The notes below the pieces were generated by a model. The model searched no databases. It worked only from the letters and a program-made list of their open reading frames with translations, and was not told where the DNA came from. Below, piece by piece: positions 1 through 7,735 of a DNA stretch of 64,000 nucleotides. Made by a program: the position numbers and the translations under genes. Position 1 is the stretch's first letter, and the number at the start of each line of letters is the position of its first letter. Origin of the DNA: Candidatus Sericytochromatia bacterium (lineage in GTDB: Bacteria > Cyanobacteriota > Sericytochromatia > S15B-MN24 > JAQBPE01); contig JBBAPZ010000001.1 of the NCBI GenBank assembly GCA_040400605.1, forward strand, positions 147,390 to 211,389. The letters run 5' to 3'.

Positions 1-83
1 TGTAGCCAGTGCAAACCTATCAGGCACGCACAGGCGGACAGCCAATATCAGCCGGTACCTGATCGCGAATCCCTGCGATGGCA

Positions 84-1202
84 TTAAGCCACGCCAATGC
101 CTGCAGCGCTGACATCTTTAAGGCCGAAAGAGGCCAACCAGGCACGTGCCTGGTTGAGTTCCACTTCCGATGGCAAACGGTCAATCTCCGGGGTGAAGCG
201 CCCGACACGGTAGGTTGGATGGTATTGGTCGAGCAACGAGATGCCAACCTGTGGCAGATACGTGCTCAGCCATTCAAAAATCGGATAAATGCAACAGTGA
301 AGATGGCCTGGTAGCACCAGAACCCGCACAATGCACAAAGCATCCTGTTTGGCGGCTAGCAACCAGTTGCGTGTTACGGTATTCCAAGCGTGCTCGATGC
401 CGGACAGATGATAGGCGCAAGTATCAGAGCCATAACGAAAATCCCCGAGGTAGATATCAACAACGCCATCCAGCAAGGCAAAGAGTTCGGGACTGCCGTA
501 CATGTTGGTATTCCATACAACCGGCAACGGCGCGGTTCGCACCGCCTCTTCAAGAAACGCCAGAATGGCCGCCACGTGATGATCCGGATTTCCTCCAACG
601 AAACTCAGGGTCCGCGCGTTACCCTGTAACAACTCTTTCAGCAAGGGTGCGTGTTCGTTACTATTCAAGGTGCGCCCCTGTTCGACATTGGTGACCCAAT
701 CATAGGTATGGCAATAACTGCAATGCCACGAACACCCCGTGAGGGCCAGGCTAAATGAGGGTGCGATGACCGCTTCCTCGCCCACGTGTACAAATGCGGC
801 TGCAAACCGGGATGACTTCCCAACGCCGCAGCGGCCACGCTCATCCTGGGTGCGATCGACACCGCAACGATGCTCGCACAGGTTGCACGCCTGCAAGCTA
901 CCGCTCGCAAGCGCCAATTTAAGATCCAGCAGGCTGAACCCGTTCGTGGCATCAACGGGCGTGCCGGCGTGCAACAGTTGGTGATGCCACTCCCACATCT
1001 GCGTGATCTGACTTGGCCACGGCGTAGGCGCAGGGATGCGGATGGTATGAAGCAGGCGCGGGGGGGCCAATGGCAAAACGGCTTCGGCTGTTACCTCAGG
1101 TGCACCGAGCGTTTGGGCGAGTGTTGCAATCGTGGGATCAGGATCCTCAAACCAGGTCGTTCCATCCGCATCGATCCATACGCGGTACAGGCGATCGCTC
1201 AA
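84..1202 (-). CDS. Radical SAM protein, PflX-like (pyruvate formate-lyase activating enzyme family)
   Basis: CxxxCxxC motif (TGCSWHCSYCH), N-terminal CNLCEHRCGVDR..GRCG cysteine cluster, GGNP and VVWNTNMY motifs, RVLVLPGH, all typical of the PflX family. Confidence 0.85.
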   Translation of the reverse strand: MSDRLYRVWIDADGTTWFEDPDPTIATLAQTLGAPEVTAEAVLPLAPPRLLHTIRIPAPTPWPSQITQMWEWHHQLLHAGTPVDATNGFSLLDLKLALASGSLQACNLCEHRCGVDRTQDERGRCGVGKSSRFAAAFVHVGEEAVIAPSFSLALTGCSWHCSYCHTYDWVTNVEQGRTLNSNEHAPLLKELLQGNARTLSFVGGNPDHHVAAILAFLEEAVRTAPLPVVWNTNMYGSPELFALLDGVVDIYLGDFRYGSDTCAYHLSGIEHAWNTVTRNWLLAAKQDALCIVRVLVLPGHLHCCIYPIFEWLSTYLPQVGISLLDQYHPTYRVGRFTPEIDRLPSEVELNQARAWLASFGLKDVSAAGIGVA

Positions 1203-1660
1203 ATGCGCGCGCCTTTCGACGGCGACAACTCAATGGTGACACCCTGCGTGCCCACCGCTAACGGGTTGGGGGACGGCACGCCCGCCAGATCCTCTGGCGT
1301 ATCAATCCCGATGAAACCCGATCGTTTGAGAAACGCGCTCAACCGAACCTTCCCCTTAAACCACTGACCAGCGACCACGACGTCAGACTGTCCAATGTCA
1401 AAGCGAGCAGGAAACGTTGCGCCTACGATCCGCACCACAGCCAAAGGGGGCCCACCCGTTACACCATCTTGTCTGGCTGTGATGTACAACGTGTCGCTTT
1501 CCTTGACCCCAAGCGACAAAACAGGTTTCATGGTAACCGTCCCGGATATTTGATTGCCTGACTCGTCACATCCGTGCAGAGCCATTAGGGCAATCATTCC
1601 GAGACGCCAGTCAATACGCATGCGAACCACCATCGTTTCCCATCGACTAGCTGCCATCAT
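1199..1660 (-). CDS. Putative lipoprotein with CcmI/CycH C-terminal-like Ig domain
   Basis: Lipobox ALHGC; TLYITAR...GGPPLAVVR...FPARFDI motif resembles the C-terminal domain of cytochrome c maturation CcmI/CycH; 4-nt overlap with the radical SAM gene. Confidence 0.6.
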   Translation of the reverse strand: MMAASRWETMVVRMRIDWRLGMIALMALHGCDESGNQISGTVTMKPVLSLGVKESDTLYITARQDGVTGGPPLAVVRIVGATFPARFDIGQSDVVVAGQWFKGKVRLSAFLKRSGFIGIDTPEDLAGVPSPNPLAVGTQGVTIELSPSKGARI

Positions 1661-1851
1661 CCCATGCTGATGGCCTTTGGTGTCAAGGTGCGAGTGTTGG
1701 GTCTTACCGTGTGGTGACGCACTGCGTCGGATTCAAAACCTGTGAAGCAAAATCAACAATCAGGCAGGCACTTGCTGATATTCAACTACAGCCAAATGCT
1801 GATCACCAATCAACGCAACACGTCACAGACAACGAGTGAGAGACGGTCCCC

Positions 1852-2256
1852 TTGTCAGCTTCAACCAGCATTCGTGAACTGGAGGCGTTGCGCTCAAAAC
1901 TGCACCTTGCCTTCACTGCAGCTGCGAAAGGGCAGTCTTGGCCCCAGCAGTTGGTTTTGACGGTTGCTGAGCAGGCTTTGCTGATGGGAGTTTGTAGCAG
2001 CCTGTTGGTTAGGGTGGCCAGTTTGTCGAGCGCGAATACGCCGCACGAACGGGCTGATGAGTTACGGGCGATTGTTGCGTGGTTGGAACGTCAGTGTTTT
2101 ACCCCTGCCATTAATGCGGTGCCCGGTCTGATTCAATCCTTACTGGATGAGCTGCATCGCAGCCCGGATTGGCCGCAGCATGTTCACGATCTGCAAGACG
2201 GCTTGTTTCGTTGTCTGCGCGAAGTCGCGCTGGGCCATCGTGTTCCCCGGGGTTAA
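1852..2256 (+). CDS. Hypothetical protein (helical)
   Basis: 134-aa ORF filling the intergenic gap, protein-like composition, no motif recognised. Confidence 0.5.
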   Translation: MSASTSIRELEALRSKLHLAFTAAAKGQSWPQQLVLTVAEQALLMGVCSSLLVRVASLSSANTPHERADELRAIVAWLERQCFTPAINAVPGLIQSLLDELHRSPDWPQHVHDLQDGLFRCLREVALGHRVPRG

Positions 2257-2491
2257 AAGTCTTTTTGTTTGGGTGAGCCGTCTACATCCGATGGGTGGCA
2301 AAAGGGGCAAAGCGTTTCAACGTCTGCGTACAATTGGCCTTGGGCAGGCGCATCCAAAACTGTTAAAAGTCAGACAAAGCGACCCCCACGAGCAAACGGA
2401 TCACGGTAATTGCAGGGTGTTGTGCTACACTAAACGGGGCACGCTTGGGTATCTTCTGCGGTCACTGTGCTAGAGGGAGTTCATTAGTTGC

Positions 2492-3451
2492 ATGAAACGT
2501 CCATTGATGTGTTCTGGGGAGTTGTTGGACCGGGACCTGTCTGGGCACACGTACATTGTAACCGGTGGAAACTCGGGTATTGGTCTTGTCACTGTGCAGC
2601 AACTGGCAAAACAGGGAGCGACGGTTGTTTTGGCTTGTCGGCGACCAGCTGAAGGTGACAAAGCAGCGCAAGCGCTACTGATACAGGGAGTGCCAGGTCA
2701 GGTTGTCGTGATGGCATTGGATCTTTCCAGTCTGGATTCGGTGCGTGATTTTGCCAGACAGTTTCTCGCGGCCTTTTCGCAATTACACGGACTGGTTAAC
2801 AACGCAGGGGTGATGAACACCCCCTATGGGCGAACCGTTGACGGGTTTGAAATGCAATTTGGCGTCAATCACCTGGGACATTACCTGTTAACCGAATTGT
2901 TGTTGGATCGCATCCAGCATACGGCGTCGTCACGCATTGTTTGTGTGTCGAGCGCCTATCACGACAAAGCGTTCGGACGCGAGGGTCGTATTGTTCTTGA
3001 TGACCTGCACTTCGAACGTCGGCGTTATGACGGCTGGGAGGCCTATGCCCAGTCCAAGTTGGCGAATGTATTACACGCACGCGTGTTGGCGCGCAGGCTG
3101 GAAGGCAGCGGGGTTACTGCGGTGAGTTTGCATCCAGGGTGGGTACGAACCAATTTGATTCGTACGACGGTGCCTGTGTGGGTGCAAGATGTGTTGCTTG
3201 GGCCCTTGCTGAGACTTGGGGGCATGATTGAGCCGTGGGAAGGGGCACAGGCCACTTTGCATTGTTTGCTGTCACCGGAGGTAGTTCAGCATCCCGGTGC
3301 TTTCTTTAGCCAGACGGGTGTGTACCGCAAGCGTCAACTCAATCGTGGCGGATGGCCGCTTGAGTCCCCCAATCCGCATGCGCTTGATGATGCGCTGGCC
3401 GACGCTTTGGATGAATGCAGCCGAAAGCTGGTTGGTTTATCGGTTGGTTAG
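2492..3451 (+). CDS. Short-chain dehydrogenase/reductase (retinol dehydrogenase/WWOX-like)
   Basis: TGGNSGIG, NNAG, catalytic YAQSK, LHPGWVRT; GGGAG RBS upstream. Confidence 0.9.
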   Translation: MKRPLMCSGELLDRDLSGHTYIVTGGNSGIGLVTVQQLAKQGATVVLACRRPAEGDKAAQALLIQGVPGQVVVMALDLSSLDSVRDFARQFLAAFSQLHGLVNNAGVMNTPYGRTVDGFEMQFGVNHLGHYLLTELLLDRIQHTASSRIVCVSSAYHDKAFGREGRIVLDDLHFERRRYDGWEAYAQSKLANVLHARVLARRLEGSGVTAVSLHPGWVRTNLIRTTVPVWVQDVLLGPLLRLGGMIEPWEGAQATLHCLLSPEVVQHPGAFFSQTGVYRKRQLNRGGWPLESPNPHALDDALADALDECSRKLVGLSVG

Positions 3452-4531
3452 ACGCTGATCCTGTACTTGCGTCTCTGCGTGATCGTCGTCGTGCACGTTA
3501 CCTGTCTGGCTCGCCAAGGCACTATGGAACTGCATCAGTGCGACCAGTAATGCGATCCGGGGGCCTAGCCGTTCACTCAGGACGTCAGGCGGTACCAAGG
3601 CAAGGTCGAAGGCCTTCAGTTGCGTTTGTTCCAAGGCCAATCGCTTCATTGCCTCGTCAGGCAAACCCGATTTTAACGCTGTGACCACCGCGCTGCCAGC
3701 AGCGAGCGATTCTTCCAGACGCTTCCACAAACCACTGGCATCGGATGCATCATGATCACCCAGACTGGTAAGGGCCGATGCAGCGTTTACAATATCCAGC
3801 AAGTGGCGCAGGGCATTTTGATTCGCTTGTACACTTAATAGGGCGTTAATCGCAAGCGGACGAACGGAGGTGGCACCCGGGCCGGGATCGCGCCTCGCAT
3901 CCAACAGTGCCTGATGCAAGCCGTCCAAGTCCGTGAGACCGCCACGAATCGCTCGTGCTGCGTCTTGCAGGCGTTGTGCTTTTTCCAGGCGCAGAACCTG
4001 TCGTACCTCAATCAAGCATCGCTCCACAATGACCAGGCTCTTGGCCCGGGCCTGCGCTAGATATGGGCGACGCACCCAATTTAAAAACACGACATTGACC
4101 ATTATCCCGACCAGAACACCCAACGCAACGGACTCAGCGCGCAACAAAAGGGTTCCCCACACCGTTTTCTGCGCAAGAATGGTCATGTACAGTGCCGAGA
4201 ACAACGCAACGACCATGGCCGACGGCCCGTAACGCAAACGGTCCGCGATCAGGTAGGTCAATGTGACGCCAACACCGACTGCGACCGCGTGATTGGGAAG
4301 CACCAACAAAACCATCAAGGTGGTGACGGCTCCCAAGGCAGAAGCGGTGAGTTGCTCAAGGCCCTGACGTGCACTCGTTAGCCAGGATGGCTGCACGCAC
4401 ATGAGCGCGACGAAGGAGGCTGACAGGCGGTCGGCCGGAACCAAATAGCCGCTGATCGCACACGCCAAACCGGCGGCCAGGCCATACTGCGTACTGACGA
4501 GAAACCGATGCGTGCGGGCGGACAATGACAC
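3437..4531 (-). CDS. FUSC / aromatic acid exporter family membrane protein
   Basis: N-terminal hydrophobic helices with ALMCVQPS and R...ALGVLVGIMVN motifs, followed by a helical cytoplasmic domain. Confidence 0.7.
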   Translation of the reverse strand: MSLSARTHRFLVSTQYGLAAGLACAISGYLVPADRLSASFVALMCVQPSWLTSARQGLEQLTASALGAVTTLMVLLVLPNHAVAVGVGVTLTYLIADRLRYGPSAMVVALFSALYMTILAQKTVWGTLLLRAESVALGVLVGIMVNVVFLNWVRRPYLAQARAKSLVIVERCLIEVRQVLRLEKAQRLQDAARAIRGGLTDLDGLHQALLDARRDPGPGATSVRPLAINALLSVQANQNALRHLLDIVNAASALTSLGDHDASDASGLWKRLEESLAAGSAVVTALKSGLPDEAMKRLALEQTQLKAFDLALVPPDVLSERLGPRIALLVALMQFHSALASQTGNVHDDDHAETQVQDQRLTNR

Positions 4532-4696
4532 GAACTATCTCTCACCAATCAAGTCATCACAAGGGCTGTTTGCCAGTCCTGACACCCACGGACCTCGTTG
4601 CCGGTTAACAGCCAAACACAACAAGCTATTATCACTCCTCAAACCCTGGTCGCCAGTCAGTCGCTGCCCGTCAGGATTCACGACGTGAACGCCGAA

Positions 4697-4999
4697 CTAG
4701 TGCTCATCCCCATGATCGTGACCCTCAGGAAACAAATGCAGGGCCTGATGAAACTGCTGCTCCATCTGGATCAACGAAACAAACTGCTCCGCCGCTTCAT
4801 CGTTACCCAATGCGTCACGCACCGCACGAGAATCGAACGAACGCCCCAAGGTCTCAATCACGCCCGGAAAACGACTCTCACGCAATGCGCGACACGCCAT
4901 CATCAGCAACAGACTTTCGGCAGAGTCACACTGATAACGGGCCACCGTTTCGTCCGTACCAATGTTCAAGATGTCCATCTTCATCGTTTGTTCCTTCAT
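4697..4999 (-). CDS. Hypothetical protein
   Basis: 100-aa ORF, protein-like composition, no motif recognised. Confidence 0.5.
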   Translation of the reverse strand: MKEQTMKMDILNIGTDETVARYQCDSAESLLLMMACRALRESRFPGVIETLGRSFDSRAVRDALGNDEAAEQFVSLIQMEQQFHQALHLFPEGHDHGDEH

Positions 5000-5026
5000 C
5001 CAAGGTGACTGCGCAGGCTGAAATCC

Positions 5027-5060
5027 AAAAAAAAAAGCGGTCGCAAGACCGCTTTTTTTT
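5027..5060. terminator. Intrinsic terminator (bidirectional geometry) downstream of the tRNA pair
   Basis: A10-GCGGTC-GCAA-GACCGC-T8. Confidence 0.85.
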
Positions 5061-5064
5061 AGAG

Positions 5065-5137
5065 TGACCCCACCGGGATTCGAACCCGGGTTTGAACCGT
5101 GAGAGGGTCCCGTCCTAGGCCTCTAGACGATGGGGCC
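5065..5137 (-). tRNA. tRNA-Glu (CTC)
   Basis: Reverse complement GGCCCCATCGTCTAGAGGCCTAGGAC...CTCTCAC...GGTTCGAATCCCGGTGGGGTCA folds as a cloverleaf with CTC anticodon; CCA not encoded. Confidence 0.95.
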
Positions 5138-5152
5138 AATACCGTTGCCGAG

Positions 5153-5223
5153 AGCCGGTGATGGGAATCGAACCCACGCCCCAAGCTTGGGAAGCTCGTT
5201 TGCTACCATTACAACACACCGGC
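5153..5223 (-). tRNA. tRNA-Gly (CCC)
   Basis: Reverse complement GCCGGTGTGTTGTAATGGTAGC...CGAGC-TTCCCAA-GCTTG...GGTTCGATTCCCATCACCGGCT; U discriminator. Confidence 0.95.
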
Positions 5224-5241
5224 GCAAGCAACAATAAATTT

Positions 5242-5270
5242 ATTTTAACCAATCCTTCATGGAACGTCAA
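5242..5270 (-). promoter_or_regulatory. Sigma70-type promoter of the tRNA-Gly/tRNA-Glu pair
   Basis: TTGACG-17 nt-TAAAAT on the minus strand, ending about 18 nt before tRNA-Gly. Confidence 0.75.
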
Positions 5271-5545
5271 GGTTCGCGGATGAGAAACGTGCAACGGTTT
5301 TTTTTTGACACGTCGCCTGATAGGCACAGTCGATGGTTGCCTGAGGCCATCCATCCAGTTTGATTGATCGTTTGTCAAAGTGTTGTGGCATTCGGTGGTT
5401 GTTGGTGGCGGGAGTTGGTTGCACTGGCGTCACGATGCTGTCGAAGGAGGCCGGTTTCGACAGTGAAACGAATGTTCCCGGGTGCCTGAGGCGCTATGTG
5501 GTTAAAGCTTGAGTCTTTGGGTACAACGTTGAGGCAGGCGATGGG

Positions 5546-5935
5546 TTGTCATTTTCTGCATTGTTTTTTGTAAAGGGCTTGGGGGGACGGCGTTTGTTAA
5601 ATGTTGTTGAAACCACGCGCGCGGGCGTGCAAGTTTTAAGTTTTGCAGGCAAGATCGATGCGCGAACGTTGGGGGAGTTTGAAGCTGGAATTCAAGATGT
5701 GGTGACTCGTGGGGATGCGCGTCTCGTTCTGGATTTATCGGATGTGCCTTTTATCAGCAGCGCTGGATTTGGGGTTTTAATGTCTGTGATCGACGGGATT
5801 CGTGAACAAGGTGGCGATTTAAAAATTGCCGCAGTTCCGTCTGAGGTGTACCGCATCTTTGAACTGCTTGAGTTTAACCAGGTATTTGAGTTTTATGATG
5901 GCATTGAACAGGCAGTGGCAGCTTTCGACGCGTAG
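5546..5935 (+). CDS. STAS-domain anti-sigma factor antagonist (RsbV/SpoIIAA-like); true start possibly TTG near 5594
   Basis: GKIDA, LVLDLSDVPFISSAGFGVL with the phosphoacceptor Ser, GGDLKI. Confidence 0.9.
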   Translation: MSFSALFFVKGLGGRRLLNVVETTRAGVQVLSFAGKIDARTLGEFEAGIQDVVTRGDARLVLDLSDVPFISSAGFGVLMSVIDGIREQGGDLKIAAVPSEVYRIFELLEFNQVFEFYDGIEQAVAAFDA

Positions 5936-5957
5936 ATCTTGGTGAAGGGAGGCTGGT

Positions 5958-6395
5958 TTGGGACAACCTGAGGAATGCGCGACCATTTGCATCGACTCTG
6001 AGTTTGATCAGATTGGTCGGGCCCGGGACTTTGTTGAGGCGATCGCACGGCGTATACCGATGTCCGAACCAGAGATCTATGACATGGTACTTGCAGTTGA
6101 TGAGGCCGTAACCAATGTGATCGAGCATGCTTATGGCGGATTGCGGGGACGTACGGTCGAACTCTTGGCTGAATATGCGGCGGATCACTTCACCATCATC
6201 ATTACCCACCACGGGGCCAGTTTCGATCCGTCAGGACACCAAGACCCCGTGATGAAAGAGCACCTGGCCCAACGTCGCGTGGGAGGCTTGGGCCTGTATC
6301 TGATGCGACAACTGATGGACCTCATCGAGTACGGGGTCAACAGCAATGGTGCGCAGCAGATTCGCATGGTCAAATACCGACAGACCCCCTGTTGA
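5958..6395 (+). CDS. Anti-sigma factor Ser kinase (RsbW/SpoIIAB-like HATPase)
   Basis: LAVDEAVTNVIEHAY (N-box), GGLGLYLMRQLMD (G2 box). Confidence 0.9.
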   Translation: MGQPEECATICIDSEFDQIGRARDFVEAIARRIPMSEPEIYDMVLAVDEAVTNVIEHAYGGLRGRTVELLAEYAADHFTIIITHHGASFDPSGHQDPVMKEHLAQRRVGGLGLYLMRQLMDLIEYGVNSNGAQQIRMVKYRQTPC

Positions 6396-6626
6396 GTGTC
6401 TGCGCGCACGCCCTGTTTCGCCAAACATTGACGATGCTGTTGTTTCAAAATCCATACCGCGCGTGTCAAGACATCACGATCCCACGCACCGTTGTGATAA
6501 TGTCAGTCAAATTTGTTCGTCCGTCATTTCGATTCGGTCCTGACACCGCGACAGCGGCTTTTTTATGTGTGATTGGGGGCTTGTCTGGCCAAGGGGATAG
6601 GTGGGGCTGAAAACGCGAGGCCAGAC

Positions 6627-7598
6627 ATGGAGAACCTGTTTCCCAACCAGGTGGTGGTGGCCTGTGAGCAGCAGGTTCGTGCCGCTTGTCCGTCAGGACT
6701 TGACCCGGAGTGGGTCCTTGATGCGATGGTACCCGCCCTGACCTTGGCGCAACGTTTGGATTGGTGGCCGCCGGTTGCGCTACCCCGACTGATTGGGGGC
6801 GCTCTTTCACGCAGTGGTGCGGATTGTGTCGCCTTGGCAGTGGCCTGCATCCTGGATTATGCAGCATCCGACATTATTGATGATGTCCAAGATGGCAATT
6901 GGCCAGAGACGAAAAGCGCCAACGCCCAAGAAGCGATTACAATCGGTACGTTTTTGAGCTATCTCGCCCAACGTGGCTTCGTTTCGCTGGCATCGGTCGA
7001 ACAAGGTGGGGCGATCGCCTGTGCCTACAGCGACTATATCAGCGCCAAATTGGGAGGCCAGCATCGCGATTTGAGACAGCGCGGCCCCTTGCCACCCGCA
7101 CTCTCGGAAGCAGACTATTTGACAACCATTGCCGCTAAAACCGGCCAGGCCTTGGCCTGGTATGCCAGCATCGGTGCCCGATTGTGGTCAGACACCTTGG
7201 ACTGGCACGTTTTGCATGACTTCGGAATGGCAACCGGCACCGCCATGCAAATCGCCTCGGACTGCCACGACTTGAAAGAAAACCACAGCCGGGATTTCGC
7301 AAACCGGCAGTGGACCCTGCCCCTGATTCACGCCTGGCGGCGACTGCGTAGAACACAGCGTGAAACGCTTCGTGACGCGTGGGTCAACGCCAGGCACCAC
7401 GATGTCACGCGCATGCTTGGACAAGCGAATGCATGGCCCTATTGCGACGCGCGCACGCTTGTCTGTATCAAAGAGGCAGAACTCGCGTTAACCCACGCCC
7501 AATGCCCCTGGCTACCCGTCGCGGCGCTAAACGACTATGCGAACGCCCTTGGGCACCTGCAACGACACGTATCGGCCTCGATCCACAATCTGTTATGA
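6627..7598 (+). CDS. Isoprenoid-synthase-fold prenyltransferase, ComQ-like
   Basis: FARM DIIDDVQD, GQHRDL, KTG, degenerate SARM (QIASDCHD), D..NRQWTLPLI; lacks GKRxR and post-FARM RRG; GAGG RBS before ATG 6627. Confidence 0.75.
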   Translation: MENLFPNQVVVACEQQVRAACPSGLDPEWVLDAMVPALTLAQRLDWWPPVALPRLIGGALSRSGADCVALAVACILDYAASDIIDDVQDGNWPETKSANAQEAITIGTFLSYLAQRGFVSLASVEQGGAIACAYSDYISAKLGGQHRDLRQRGPLPPALSEADYLTTIAAKTGQALAWYASIGARLWSDTLDWHVLHDFGMATGTAMQIASDCHDLKENHSRDFANRQWTLPLIHAWRRLRRTQRETLRDAWVNARHHDVTRMLGQANAWPYCDARTLVCIKEAELALTHAQCPWLPVAALNDYANALGHLQRHVSASIHNLL

Positions 7599-7735
7599 AG
7601 CAGTGCATTTACATTGGCTTCTTGTTTAGAAACGAACGTTCGCGTGTACAAGATCCACAGGACAATCAGAAGCGACACCATGTTGTGAGCGAATGGGTCA
7701 TTCCTTTTGAGTGCTTGTGGAGTTTTGCGTGGTGA
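7595..7735 (+). CDS. Putative 46-aa peptide (candidate prenylation substrate)
   Basis: ATG overlaps the upstream stop (ATGA) and its TGA overlaps an in-frame GTG (7732) of the next gene; ends in CLWSFAW. Confidence 0.35.
   Translation: MKQCIYIGFLFRNERSRVQDPQDNQKRHHVVSEWVIPFECLWSFAW

Noticed and set aside
5115..5378. 87-aa ORF (also 31021-31206, 31146-31508 and 27397-27708)
   Set aside because: They overlap tRNA genes or the 6S RNA candidate
6627..7598. Ordinary FPP/GGPP or polyprenyl diphosphate synthase
   Set aside because: IPP-binding basic motifs are missing and the second Asp-rich motif is degenerate
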